This document shows, in pieces, positions 18,158 through 28,501 of a stretch of 64,000 nucleotides of DNA. This DNA is from an uncultured Clostridia bacterium (lineage in GTDB: Bacteria; Bacillota; Clostridia; Peptostreptococcales; Anaerovoracaceae). The notes under the pieces are model-generated. The model was not told where the DNA came from. It made no database searches and saw only the letters and a program-made list of their open reading frames with translations. A program made the translations under genes and the position numbers. The DNA is taken from assembly GCA_937900415.1 (NCBI GenBank), contig CALCEY010000011.1, positions 1,265 to 65,264 of the forward strand, written 5' to 3'. The first letter of the stretch is position 1, and each line of letters starts with the position of its first letter.

Positions 18158-19946
18158 ATTATTAAAGGGAAGATATGAACTTATAGAAAAAATAGGCGAG
18201 GGAGGCATGGCCGTCGTTTATAAGGGAAAGGACAGATTTTTAAACAGATACGTAGCAATTAAAATTCTGCGTCCGGAGTTCATCAAGGATGAAAAATTCA
18301 TCGAAAATTTCGGAAAGGAATCCCAGGCCGCCGCAGGCCTTTCCCATCCTAACATCGTGAACGTTTACGACGTGGGAGAAGAAGGAAATATCCATTTTAT
18401 AGTTATGGAGCTCATAGACGGCAAAAGCCTGAGCCAGGTGATAGAAGAAAAGGGCAGGCTCGATTATAAAGAAGCTATCAGTATAACAAAGCAGGTGGCG
18501 TCGGCTCTGAGCATGGCCCACAGTAATCAGATAATACATAGGGATGTCAAACCTCATAATATTCTGATTACAAGTTCCGGAACGGCAAAGCTTGCTGATT
18601 TCGGCATAGCAATGGTAGTGAGCAAGGAAAGCATAGCGGAAGGCAAGGAAAAAATTATGGGTTCGGTCCATTATTTTTCACCTGAGCAGGCAAGAGGCGC
18701 ATATGTAGACGAGAGATCCGACATCTATTCCCTTGGTATAGTGCTCTATGAGATGCTTACAGGCAAGGTGCCTTTCGACGGAGATAATCCGATAAGCATA
18801 GCTCTCATGCATATAAATGATGAAATACTGCCTGTATCTAAAGAGGTGTCGGGAATTCCTCCTCAGCTTGAAAAGATAATTGAAAAGGCAACGGACAAAT
18901 ACCAGACCAATAGATACGCTTCGGCGGATGAAATGATAGAGGATTTAGACAACATAGATTTCATAACAAGAGTTATGGGAAGTTCTGTGTTTTCGGATAA
19001 AGAAGAAAAAAAGAAGCCAGAGGAGGACGACGCAGAAAATTATTATAAGGCTGCGATGGAAAACAGAGGCGCAGAAGCAAAGAAAAAGAAGCCTGTAAAC
19101 AAGACTAAGATATTTATAATATCAGCGGTTGTGTTGATAGCCATAGCAGGCGTCATAGGACTTGGCGCCGCGTTAGGGTGGTTCAGCGGCAGCAGCGAAG
19201 AAATAGAAGTTCCCGATTTTAAAGGAATGACCTTGGAGGAAGCTCAGGAAGAAGCTGAAAAGAAAGGTCTTAAGATAGAAGAGGGCGAAAAGGTTTACAG
19301 CCCTGATCAGGAAGAGGGTTTGATAACTTCGCAGAGTCCAAGCGAAGGCTCCATGGTAAGCGAGGGGCGTGTTATTACTGTAAATATCAGTCTCGGCAAG
19401 AAAGACGGAGTAGTTCCGAGGATAATAGATATGGATTACAAGGAAGCGGAAGAATATCTCAAGAGCTTCGGCTTTGAGCTTGGAATCGTAAAAACCGTTA
19501 CGAATACCAAGCCGGAAGGCGTTATAGTTTCCCAATCTATAGATGCGGGAACGACAGCCGATTCGGGAACCAAGATAGATGTAGAAATAAGCGACGGAAA
19601 AGGCAAAGAGATGAAGAAAGTTCCTTCTGTAGTAGGAAAGGATGTGGACACTGCAAAATCCGAGATTGAAAAGGTAGGATTTAAGATTTCCGGAATTTCA
19701 TACGAAGAAAACGCTTCATATCAAAAGAATATAGTGATAAAAATAACCGATGATTCCGGAAAAGAGATTTCTGCCGGCAGCGAACTCGAAGAAGGAAGCA
19801 ACATAAATATCATTGTAAGCAAAGGAACGGAGGCAAGCGTAGAGCCGGAAGATCCAAATACAGGAGGAGAAAATTCCGGAGATAATTCCGACAATCCTTC
19901 AGGCGACGGTGAAACACAGGGCAATAATTCCCAGCAAACGCAGTAG
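18147..19946 (+). CDS. prkC: Ser/Thr protein kinase with extracellular PASTA repeats (PrkC/PknB)
   Basis: Hanks motifs GEGGMAVVYKG, HRDVKPHNIL, DFGIA. TM IFIISAVVLIAIAGVIGLGAALGWF. Three PASTA-like repeats. Low-complexity N/S/G/D tail. Confidence 0.92.
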   Translation: MSNRLLKGRYELIEKIGEGGMAVVYKGKDRFLNRYVAIKILRPEFIKDEKFIENFGKESQAAAGLSHPNIVNVYDVGEEGNIHFIVMELIDGKSLSQVIEEKGRLDYKEAISITKQVASALSMAHSNQIIHRDVKPHNILITSSGTAKLADFGIAMVVSKESIAEGKEKIMGSVHYFSPEQARGAYVDERSDIYSLGIVLYEMLTGKVPFDGDNPISIALMHINDEILPVSKEVSGIPPQLEKIIEKATDKYQTNRYASADEMIEDLDNIDFITRVMGSSVFSDKEEKKKPEEDDAENYYKAAMENRGAEAKKKKPVNKTKIFIISAVVLIAIAGVIGLGAALGWFSGSSEEIEVPDFKGMTLEEAQEEAEKKGLKIEEGEKVYSPDQEEGLITSQSPSEGSMVSEGRVITVNISLGKKDGVVPRIIDMDYKEAEEYLKSFGFELGIVKTVTNTKPEGVIVSQSIDAGTTADSGTKIDVEISDGKGKEMKKVPSVVGKDVDTAKSEIEKVGFKISGISYEENASYQKNIVIKITDDSGKEISAGSELEEGSNINIIVSKGTEASVEPEDPNTGGENSGDNSDNPSGDGETQGNNSQQTQ

Positions 19947-19966
19947 CAAGATATGGTGCGAGAAGC

Positions 19967-20839
19967 ATGAAAGGTCTAATAGTAAAAGGAATAGGCGGAT
20001 TTTATTATATAAAAACCGATGACGGAACAGTTGAAGCCAAGGGCCGCGGCATATTTAAGAAACGAGGGATTACTCTGTGCGTTGGGGACGAGGTTGAAGT
20101 GGAGCTTCTTGATGAAGCCGGGAAAAAAGGCGTTATAGAAGAAATATATCCGAGGAAAAATTGTTTCGTCCGACCGCCGATAGCAAACATAGATACTTTT
20201 GCAGTGGTTTTTTCCGCCCACAGCCCCGAGCCCAATTATCCTGTTATAGATAAATTTCTTATTACAGCTGAAGTTAATGACATAGAACCTGTAATTTGTA
20301 TAAATAAATGCGATCTGTCTACTGATTCGGAAGTAGCGGAAATAAAGGCCATATACGAAAACGAATACAGAGTAATAGCTGTAAGCAGCAAAACAGGCCA
20401 AGGTATGGAAGAACTGAAAACAATTATAAATGGGCAGAAAACCGCCCTTGCAGGTCCTTCCGGCGTAGGAAAATCTTCGATACTCAACATCCTTCATCCA
20501 AAAGCAGAAATGGAGACAGGAGAGGTAAGCTGCAAGACCCGGCGCGGAAAGCATACTACGAGACATGTGGAAATTTTCAGCGTTGACGGAGGCGGCCTCA
20601 TTTTCGATACTCCCGGCTTTACCTCTTTTGAGCTGGAGGATATTGATGAAACGGAGCTGTCGCATTATTACAGGGAGTTTGAAAAGTTTGCCGGTGATTG
20701 CAGATATGCAGATTGCAAGCATTTAAAGGAACCTGAATGTGCAGTAAGAGCTGCCGTGGAATCAGGGGAAATACATCCTTTGAGATATAAATCTTATGTG
20801 TATAACTGTCAGGAGCTTAAAAATAAGAAAAAATATTAG
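19967..20839 (+). CDS. rsgA: Ribosome small-subunit-dependent GTPase A
   Basis: Circularly permuted GTPase (NKCDL, then GPSGVGKSS). Zn-binding CRYADCKHLKEPEC. Confidence 0.9.
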   Translation: MKGLIVKGIGGFYYIKTDDGTVEAKGRGIFKKRGITLCVGDEVEVELLDEAGKKGVIEEIYPRKNCFVRPPIANIDTFAVVFSAHSPEPNYPVIDKFLITAEVNDIEPVICINKCDLSTDSEVAEIKAIYENEYRVIAVSSKTGQGMEELKTIINGQKTALAGPSGVGKSSILNILHPKAEMETGEVSCKTRRGKHTTRHVEIFSVDGGGLIFDTPGFTSFELEDIDETELSHYYREFEKFAGDCRYADCKHLKEPECAVRAAVESGEIHPLRYKSYVYNCQELKNKKKY

Positions 20840-20899
20840 AAATATCGGTTCCGAAAAAAATAACGGACAAATCAAAAAAGTAAGAGAAAAGGAAGAAAT

Positions 20900-21556
20900 A
20901 TGGACATGTTTAAACTGGCGCCGTCAATATTATCGGCAGATTTTGCCAAGCTTGGAAAATCTGTGGAGGAAGTTGAAAAAGGCGGAGCGGACTTGCTGCA
21001 CATAGATGTGATGGACGGGCACTTTGTTCCCAATATAAGCTTTGGTTCTGCCGTGATGAAAAGCTTGAATAAAAGCACTTCACTCAATTATGACGTTCAT
21101 CTTATGATTGAAAATCCGGGAGACTACATACAAGATTTTCTGTGTGAAAAAACCGAATACATAACGGTGCATCAGGAGGCCTGTATCCATGCTCACAGGA
21201 TTATACAGAAGATAAAAAGCCTCGGCGTGAAAGCAGGAATTTCATTGAATCCTGCGACGCCTCTTTGTATGCTTGAGGAGATTATTGAGGAGGTTGATCT
21301 TGTTCTGATAATGTCTGTAAACCCGGGCTTCGGAGGACAGAAATTTATACCGTCCTCCCTGGATAAGATAAAGAGGCTTTCAGAGCTGAGAAAAGAAAAA
21401 AATTTGAATTTCAAGATAGAGGTCGACGGCGGCGTTACTCTTGAGAACGCGGCTGATATAGCTGCGGCAGGAGCTGATATTCTCGTAGCGGGCTCTGCCG
21501 TATTCGGTGCGGATGATGTCGCTGCCAGTACGAGGGCGTTTAAAGAAATGAAATAA
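20900..21556 (+). CDS. rpe: Ribulose-phosphate 3-epimerase
   Basis: Motifs HIDVMDGHFVPN, SVNPGFGGQKF, VDGGV. Confidence 0.92.
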   Translation: MDMFKLAPSILSADFAKLGKSVEEVEKGGADLLHIDVMDGHFVPNISFGSAVMKSLNKSTSLNYDVHLMIENPGDYIQDFLCEKTEYITVHQEACIHAHRIIQKIKSLGVKAGISLNPATPLCMLEEIIEEVDLVLIMSVNPGFGGQKFIPSSLDKIKRLSELRKEKNLNFKIEVDGGVTLENAADIAAAGADILVAGSAVFGADDVAASTRAFKEMK

Positions 21557-21656
21557 ATACGTTTGTTGATTATTGTATAAGCTGCAACGATTTAAAAAGT
21601 TATAGCTTTTGATATGTGTCCGGAATCTCGAACACATAAATGTATTTTAGAGACGC

Positions 21657-21697
21657 ATGGATGCTTTCCTGTATTTAACAGGAGGCATCCATTTTTG
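21657..21697 (+). terminator. Rho-independent terminator after rpe
   Basis: atggatgc (21657-21664) pairs with gcatccat (21685-21692). TTTTT follows. Confidence 0.6.
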
Positions 21698-21733
21698 CTA
21701 TCGAAAAATATTATGCTGTACAGAGTTTCCGTT

Positions 21734-21775
21734 AATAAAAACACCCTCCTTACAGGTTTGCCCGGTAAAGAGGGT
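21734..21775 (-). terminator. Rho-independent terminator after the PBP1A gene (minus strand)
   Basis: On the minus strand a 10-bp stem forms (accctcttta / taaggagggt, one G-U pair), followed by GTTTTTATT. Confidence 0.55.
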
Positions 21776-21844
21776 ATATTTCACTTTGGGTTATTACTTT
21801 TTTAGTATCCTTTACTTGCCGTTTATTGCCGGTTTACGGAATAT

Positions 21845-24800
21845 TTATTTTTCAGGCGCAGTCTTCGTTCCTCCGCCGGGAGGAGTTACAGGAGTCTGAC
21901 TGCCGTTTCCATTTTCGTTATTGCCGCTGCCGTTTGAGTTTTCATCCGGATTATCTCCGCTGTTGCCGTTAGGGTCATCTCCAGGGTTTTCGTCAGGCTC
22001 TTCTTTATCAGGCGGAAGTGCCGGAGGCTCATTCATTATCGTAACTTCTTTGCCCGGTTCGGCAGGATAACTGTCGGGATCAGGATTGTGGAGATTGCAA
22101 TAGTAATGAGGAAGCTCATTTTTAATATCTCCGACCTTGCTGTTTGGAATGTAAGGCCTCATTATGCCTGACTGTGAAGATATGTTAGGACAGCTAGGTG
22201 TGGCCAGATATCCGCTGTCTGAGCATACGTCAACTGTCTTATGGACGTTATCCTCTTCCGTCGGCTGTGTTCCTGAAGTGAAATATTCACTTCGCACATG
22301 ACTGCCGCTTTCTTCCGTTGCCAAAAGCCCGCTTTTGGTGTCTATTTTTACCTGAAATACATTTTCAGGTTTTCCGGAATAAGAGCCTCCTAAAGCATTT
22401 TCAATCTGTTTCATGATTTTTCCCCATAAAGCTGCTGCAATTCTCGAGTCTGTGGAAAGGTCGAGATTGGCGTCGTTGCCCATCCACAGAGCGGCGCTGT
22501 ATTTAGGAGTAAATCCGCAGAACCAGATATTGTCCATTCTGTCGGTAGTTCCTGTTTTACCTCCTACAGAAGTGCCGGAGATGGCGGCAGGAGAACCTAT
22601 GCCTTCGCTTACTACTGATTTGAGAAGGTCTCTCATTATCCAGGCAACGCCGGAATCGAGAACCTTTGTTTCCTTAACATCAGGTTCAAGAAGAACGTCT
22701 CCGGTTCTGGTAGTTACTTTTGTATATACGGTAGGGGATATGTGCTTTCCATCGTTTACAAACGTCGAATAGGCACTGGCCATCTCAAGCGGGGAAATTC
22801 CGCTGGACATGCCTCCCAGTGCAAGGGCCGCCAGATTAAGATCATCGTTAGTTACAGATGATATTCCGTAGGCTTCCAAAAGGTCTGAGGAAAAGTCTAC
22901 TCCCACCTGCGAAAGAATCTTTACGGCGCATACGTTTACCGACTGCTGCAAAGCACGTCTGAAAGTATAAAGTCCGGAATAACCGCGGTATGAGTTTTTA
23001 GGCCATATCTTTCCGTTTACTGTAGTAGGCTCGTCATCTACTATTGAAGCAGCTGTAATATAGTTGCCCCAAAGTTCTGCTCCCTGCTTGCCGAAGCCGT
23101 CGTCTTTGGCGGAGAAAGTCTTACCGGATTTCTCAAGCTCAAAGCTTTGCTGGAGAGCTGCCGAATATACAGACAGAGGCTTTATCGCAGAGCCCGGCTG
23201 ACGAGGGGAGGTGGCTCTGTTGAATATCATTCTTCCGGTAGTCTTGCGGCCTCCGCTCATGGCTTTGACCTGGCCGGTGGCATTGTCAACGATTACCATG
23301 GCGGCCTGAGGTTGTATTACTCTTTGATTGAGAGTGAATTGATTGGTTGCAAGTCCGCCTTCTGTTTCTTCAAAGAAACCAGGGTAATCCTTGAAGAAAT
23401 CTGCAGAAATGATAAGATTTCCGTCCTTATCCTTTGACTTGTAATTTTGAGGTATGCTCAGATAACCGCCGTTAATTGAGTAAAGCACGTTGTCTTCGAA
23501 TATATACATGTTCTTGAATTCAACGCTGTAGTCGGTTTCTCCCTGCACGGTCGTATCATATATGTTGAGCCTTTTTCCGGCATATACTATCATAGAGCCG
23601 TCGTCGTTTTTCTTATATTCGTCAGATTTGAGTATAAATTTTCCGTCTGAATTTATATAATTGGAATAGGCGTATAAAGTATTGCCGTTAGGTCCCTTTA
23701 TATTGCCGTTTGAATCCTTGGAATATCCCGTGATGTAAGGGAAATTGCCGTTATTGTCGAATTCCTTTTCGATTACGGACTGAGCTTGGGAGTCCATGGT
23801 TGTGTAAATTTCAAGTCCTCCGTTATACACCATCTTGCTGGCTTCTTCCTGACTGTAGCCTGCTTCGGTAAGATCTTTGATTACAGTCTGGATGGTATAG
23901 TCTGCAAAATAGTTGGAAACGGTGTTGAGAGCGTCGATGTTTGGATTTACCATATCTTTTATCTCGACGGCTTTTGCTTCTTCATACTCTTCATCTGTTA
24001 TATAACCCTGCTCATTCATAAGGCTCAGACATGTCATCATTCTTGATTTGCAGGCGTCATTCCAGAGGTAGGCATAATCTCCGTTTTTTGCAATAAGATT
24101 AGGAGTATCGTCTGTGACTTCTGTAGAAGATACAGTCTTAACCAGAGCAAATTCCGCAGGAGCCTGAGGAAGGGCTGCAAGTGCAGCTGATTCCGCTATT
24201 GTCAGCTCTTCTACGTCTTTTGAAAAATAAGCTTGAGCCGCTGTCTGAATACCGAAGCCGCAGCCGAAATTTATAGTGTTGAGATAAGCCTCTAAAATTT
24301 CATTCTTTTCCAGTTCCTTTTCAAGAATTACGGCATAATAAGCTTCGGTAATCTTTCGGCTCATACTTCTTTCAAACATCTTGTCCTCAAGATAGAGGTT
24401 TCTCGCCAGCTGCTGTGTTATCGTGCTCGTTCCGCTGACCCCGCCGCCTCTGAATACAGCGTCTTTGATGGCTCCGAATATTCTTATTATATTGAACCCG
24501 TGATGATTTCTGAAAGTTTTGTCTTCAAGAGCTATGAAAGCGTTTTGTGTATGCTCTGGAATCTGACCGATTTCGACTATGGTTCTGTTTTGATCGCCGA
24601 AAGCCGTATCTATTATATTTCCTTCATCGTCATAGAGAACGGAACTCTGCGAAAGGAGACTGTATATGTTGTCGGTTTCTATTTTAGGCGCCTTCATTAT
24701 GATAACTGCGATATAAACTATGGCGGCCAGAATTAAAGCTAAAAGTACGCATACAGTAATCTTTATAACTTTTTTTGCGGTTGATTTTGAAGATGGCTTT

Positions 24801-24970
24801 CTTTTATTTTCTGAACTTTCGCTGTTATTTTCATTTTTCTTCTTTGAGGCAGAATTTCGTCTTTTTTTAGAAGAAGCGTCTTTCTTTTTCTTTGTCCGGG
24901 ATCTTGACCTATGAGTGACTTCTTCACTGATATTTTCAATTGAATTATTTAAATCGTCATAATTGCTCAA
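21845..24970 (-). CDS. Class A penicillin-binding protein (PBP1A family; glycosyltransferase + transpeptidase), unusually long
   Basis: TTG start after a GAGGGTG RBS. K/S-rich cytoplasmic tail and a TM. GT51 motifs EDKTFRNHHGF and GTSTITQQLARNLYL. Transpeptidase motifs SAIKP (SxxK), SVN, KTGTT. N/G/D-rich C-terminal tail. Confidence 0.92.
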   Translation of the reverse strand: MSNYDDLNNSIENISEEVTHRSRSRTKKKKDASSKKRRNSASKKKNENNSESSENKRKPSSKSTAKKVIKITVCVLLALILAAIVYIAVIIMKAPKIETDNIYSLLSQSSVLYDDEGNIIDTAFGDQNRTIVEIGQIPEHTQNAFIALEDKTFRNHHGFNIIRIFGAIKDAVFRGGGVSGTSTITQQLARNLYLEDKMFERSMSRKITEAYYAVILEKELEKNEILEAYLNTINFGCGFGIQTAAQAYFSKDVEELTIAESAALAALPQAPAEFALVKTVSSTEVTDDTPNLIAKNGDYAYLWNDACKSRMMTCLSLMNEQGYITDEEYEEAKAVEIKDMVNPNIDALNTVSNYFADYTIQTVIKDLTEAGYSQEEASKMVYNGGLEIYTTMDSQAQSVIEKEFDNNGNFPYITGYSKDSNGNIKGPNGNTLYAYSNYINSDGKFILKSDEYKKNDDGSMIVYAGKRLNIYDTTVQGETDYSVEFKNMYIFEDNVLYSINGGYLSIPQNYKSKDKDGNLIISADFFKDYPGFFEETEGGLATNQFTLNQRVIQPQAAMVIVDNATGQVKAMSGGRKTTGRMIFNRATSPRQPGSAIKPLSVYSAALQQSFELEKSGKTFSAKDDGFGKQGAELWGNYITAASIVDDEPTTVNGKIWPKNSYRGYSGLYTFRRALQQSVNVCAVKILSQVGVDFSSDLLEAYGISSVTNDDLNLAALALGGMSSGISPLEMASAYSTFVNDGKHISPTVYTKVTTRTGDVLLEPDVKETKVLDSGVAWIMRDLLKSVVSEGIGSPAAISGTSVGGKTGTTDRMDNIWFCGFTPKYSAALWMGNDANLDLSTDSRIAAALWGKIMKQIENALGGSYSGKPENVFQVKIDTKSGLLATEESGSHVRSEYFTSGTQPTEEDNVHKTVDVCSDSGYLATPSCPNISSQSGIMRPYIPNSKVGDIKNELPHYYCNLHNPDPDSYPAEPGKEVTIMNEPPALPPDKEEPDENPGDDPNGNSGDNPDENSNGSGNNENGNGSQTPVTPPGGGTKTAPEK

Positions 24971-25051
24971 ACTATCACCCTCTTTCTGTCGTAATTAAAT
25001 AATATTATACCGCAAAGCAAACATATCCGCAGTGATTCAGTGAACTATACA

Positions 25052-25173
25052 TTGCGGCAACGCCGAACAATATAATATCAAGTTTATTATAAAGCCCTGC
25101 GGTTAATCAAACGGCGTTTCAATGGCCGCTTCCTTGCGGCAAAGCCAAACAATATAATATCAAATTTATTATA
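25052..25173. repeat. Two 40-bp direct repeats (3 mismatches, 82-bp period) in the PBP1A/comEC divergent intergenic region
   Basis: ttgcggcaaCgccGaacaatataatatcaaGtttattata (25052-25091) versus ttgcggcaaAgccAaacaatataatatcaaAtttattata (25134-25173). Each copy contains TATAAT. Confidence 0.9.
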
Positions 25174-25324
25174 CCATATTTAAAATATAAAGTTAAGAAA
25201 TATTATGCGATAATCGGCTGAAAACCGTTCTTTTTAAAAAAATGAAATTCATTGAAATAAAACATCAAATGGAATATAATGTAAATGGTTTGGCCTTGTA
25301 AGAGGATAGGAGGATTACTTTGCT

Positions 25325-27433
25325 GTGAGGCGCAAACTTTTTTTGTTTACCATAATTACAATTTTTTCCCTGACCGCCGCAGATTATGCCGGGATACGGC
25401 TTTACGACAATTTTCCTGAGGATATGCTTGGAAAACAAATTTTTTATGAAGGAACGGTAACGGGTATAGAGCGATGGGATGAGGATGGTCTTTCAGTTAA
25501 GGTGAGAGTAGAGTATGCTGACGGAAAAAAGCTTGAAAATAGCTGCTTCCTTTTGCTCAGTATGTACGGAGAAAAAGAAAAGCCATGGAAGCTATGGCAG
25601 GGGAAAATCGGCTTTAAATGTGCTGCCGATCTTGCGGCAGAGGCCGGAAATCCGGGATGCTTCAGCTACAGACGGCACCTGTTAAGCGAGGGAATAACTG
25701 CTGTAGGGAGCGCAAAGGATTTCAAGCTGCTGGAGGAAAACGATTCGCCGCTCCGTATGATGCAGAAGAAGCTGACAGAGCTTAAATATATGTTTGCCGA
25801 ATCTCTTTCGGAGGAGACGAGGGGAATAATTATGGGTATGGTTTTCGGAGACACATCATTTCTTGACGAAGATATATATGAAGCTTTCAGGAATAACGGA
25901 ACGGCTCATGTTCTGGCTGTAAGCGGTCTGCATGTGGGAATCGTGTACGGTATTATTAAGAAAGCCGCAGGAAAACGTCAGTCACTGATTTCCCTGTTCA
26001 TTTCATGCGCTCTTCTTTTCATTTACTGCTTTCTCAGCGCTTTCAGCGTTTCCGCAATGAGAGCCGCCTATATGATAATGCTTTCGGCATGGGGAAGCTA
26101 CAGGGACAGGAGATATGACATGCTCACTGCTGCCGCATTTACGGCGCTGATATTTATTACATTCAATCCATATATTGTTTTCAATACGGGGTTTCAGATG
26201 TCATTTATGGCAGTTTGCTCGATAGGCTTTTTCATGAAACGTCTTCCGCCTAAAATACCAGATGCAGCAGCAATCATGCTGGCAGCAAATATCGGACTTG
26301 TACCGTATCAGATATATGTATTCAACTGGTTTTCCTATTCTTCTTTTATCGCCAACATACCTGTTGTTTATCTGGCTGGAATTACTGTTCCATTGGGTGT
26401 AATTCATTTTATAACGTATAGTCTGGCAGGGGAGACGAAGCTCCTTTCTGTATTGACAGATTCGCTGGCCTATCTCATAACAAAAGTAAACGAATTTCTT
26501 TCTTTCGGCGGAAGAGGAGGCTGTGACATGGTAAGTCCGCCCTTATGGCTGCTGCTGTTTGCATATTTAACCATATTTTTTCTTGCGTCAGAGCAGATGG
26601 AAATAATGAGGCTGAGAAAAGAACGGGGGAAAATTATGGCAGTCGTCGGCATGTTTTTTATATTTGCGTTGTTCATAAAGAGCGCATCTTTTATGCCGAT
26701 AAGAAACAGCGATTTGGTTTTTGTGGACGTAGGGCAGGGGGACTGCCTTCATATACAGGAGAAGGAGACTGATATTCTCATAGACGGAGGCGGCAAAACG
26801 GGTTATAATGTAGGGAAAAATACGCTGAAGCCCTATCTGCTTAAAAACGGAGTGAGAAAAATAGATTTGGCTCTTGCCACGCATCTTCATACAGACCATT
26901 TTAAAGGGCTTGAAGAGCTGAAAGAGGAGGGAATGATTAAAAGACTTGAGACGGGTGTGACGGCGGGAAAAATTTTTGAAATTTCAGAGGATGTAGCGAT
27001 AGAAACTCTCTGGCCTCTTTCACTTGAAGACGATCCGAATCAGGATGAAAACAGAAGCTGTTCAGTATTTATGGTTTATTTCAAAGGTTTTAAGATATTG
27101 GTCACAGGCGATTTGGACAGTGAAGGCGAACGGAAAATGGTTGAATTTTATCACGGAAGCGGCAGACTGAGAGCCGATATACTTAAGATAAGCCATCACG
27201 GAAGCAAGACAGGTACGTCGGAGGAGCTGCTTCTTGATGTCATGCCTGAGTATGCGGTAATACAGGTGGGTAAAAACAATTATGGCCATCCTGATGCTAA
27301 AATTATTGAAAAATGTCGTGAAAAAGGTATAATAGTATTGAGAAACGATACCCATGGAGCCGTGGGATTTTCTTTTGAAAAGGGAGAAATACGGCACTGT
27401 GAGATGAAAAAACCGGAGACAGAGGCGAAGTAG
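25325..27433 (+). CDS. comEC: DNA internalization competence protein ComEC/Rec2
   Basis: GTG start. Polytopic competence core (..GTAHVLAVSGLHVGIV..). C-terminal metallo-beta-lactamase domain (VDVGQGDC, HLHTDHFKG, SHHGS). Confidence 0.88.
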   Translation: MRRKLFLFTIITIFSLTAADYAGIRLYDNFPEDMLGKQIFYEGTVTGIERWDEDGLSVKVRVEYADGKKLENSCFLLLSMYGEKEKPWKLWQGKIGFKCAADLAAEAGNPGCFSYRRHLLSEGITAVGSAKDFKLLEENDSPLRMMQKKLTELKYMFAESLSEETRGIIMGMVFGDTSFLDEDIYEAFRNNGTAHVLAVSGLHVGIVYGIIKKAAGKRQSLISLFISCALLFIYCFLSAFSVSAMRAAYMIMLSAWGSYRDRRYDMLTAAAFTALIFITFNPYIVFNTGFQMSFMAVCSIGFFMKRLPPKIPDAAAIMLAANIGLVPYQIYVFNWFSYSSFIANIPVVYLAGITVPLGVIHFITYSLAGETKLLSVLTDSLAYLITKVNEFLSFGGRGGCDMVSPPLWLLLFAYLTIFFLASEQMEIMRLRKERGKIMAVVGMFFIFALFIKSASFMPIRNSDLVFVDVGQGDCLHIQEKETDILIDGGGKTGYNVGKNTLKPYLLKNGVRKIDLALATHLHTDHFKGLEELKEEGMIKRLETGVTAGKIFEISEDVAIETLWPLSLEDDPNQDENRSCSVFMVYFKGFKILVTGDLDSEGERKMVEFYHGSGRLRADILKISHHGSKTGTSEELLLDVMPEYAVIQVGKNNYGHPDAKIIEKCREKGIIVLRNDTHGAVGFSFEKGEIRHCEMKKPETEAK

Positions 27434-27436
27434 ATT

Positions 27437-28498
27437 ATGGCTTATAAGGCGTACAATCAGGCTAAAACGGAACATGCATTTCAGGCGTTTCATAAGGATA
27501 TGGCCCGGGGGGATTTTCCTCCAGTGATATTCATGTACGGCGAAGAAGAATATCTTACAGAGTGGGCGTGCAGGTCGCTGGCGGAAAAATTTACCGATGA
27601 GGCTATGCGGGATATGGATTTTGTAAAGCTAAGCGGAGATGAGTGTTCCTCCGACATGATACTCGAGGCTTGCAATACGTTTTCCGTGTTTTCGGAGCGC
27701 CGTGTGATCTGGGTAAGCGGATTTGCTCCGCTGGTTAAAAAGTCCGTCAAAGGCTTCGGCGAAGAAGAAAGGCGAAAAATTACGGAGTATATTGATAATC
27801 CCAACGATAGAGCTATTCTTGTTTTTTCCTGCGTCAGGCCGGATGAAAGCGGCAGTCTTGTAAAATTTCTGAAAAAATATTGCAGATGCTATAATTTCAC
27901 GGGACTTGACAGTGCGCAGCTTATGGCCTTTGCCGGCAAGAGATTTAAAGCTGCGGGAATTGAAATAAGCAGGACGGATTTAAAATATTTCATAGATGAA
28001 ACCGGATATTTCAACAGAGAAAGCGAATACAGGATATACAATCTTGAAAACGATATAAAGAAGATAATCGCATACAGCGGAGGAGGCGCGGTTTCTCAGG
28101 AAGATATAGACCAAACTCTCCACGGAGATATGGATAGGTTTGCATTTAATTTTCTTGACGCAATCAGCGCAGACAGAAAAGAGACTGCCTTTCGGCTTCT
28201 TCATAATATGTTGGGCAGCGGCGGGGAAATATTTTCTCTTCTTGGACTTTTAATCAATCAGTTTGAGCTGATGTATGAGGTTAAGGAATTTAAAGACGAC
28301 GGCGTGCCGGCGGAAGAAATTGCAAAACGTCTTAAGGTAAACGGCTACAGAGTAAAAAAAGCGGCTTCGGCGGCAGACAGGTTCAGCACAGCTAAGCTTT
28401 CAGAAACGCTCAGCCGTCTTTATGAAATTGACAGAAATATTAAAACTGGAGCTATGGATGGAATTTTAGCCCTTGAAATGTTAATCGGAAGGATATAA
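27437..28498 (+). CDS. holA: DNA polymerase III delta subunit
   Basis: Typical size and position after comEC. HolA-like N-terminus (..PVIFMYGEEEYL..) and C-terminal helical domain. Confidence 0.8.
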   Translation: MAYKAYNQAKTEHAFQAFHKDMARGDFPPVIFMYGEEEYLTEWACRSLAEKFTDEAMRDMDFVKLSGDECSSDMILEACNTFSVFSERRVIWVSGFAPLVKKSVKGFGEEERRKITEYIDNPNDRAILVFSCVRPDESGSLVKFLKKYCRCYNFTGLDSAQLMAFAGKRFKAAGIEISRTDLKYFIDETGYFNRESEYRIYNLENDIKKIIAYSGGGAVSQEDIDQTLHGDMDRFAFNFLDAISADRKETAFRLLHNMLGSGGEIFSLLGLLINQFELMYEVKEFKDDGVPAEEIAKRLKVNGYRVKKAASAADRFSTAKLSETLSRLYEIDRNIKTGAMDGILALEMLIGRI

Positions 28499-28501
28499 AT
28501 T

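Noticed and set aside
11945-21556. Anything unusual in the priA-def-fmt-rsmB-stp-prkC-rsgA-rpe block, such as the absence of rlmN between rsmB and stp.
   Set aside because: Gene order otherwise matches the widely conserved Firmicute arrangement. The absence of one gene from the cluster is common and cannot be judged without the rest of the genome.
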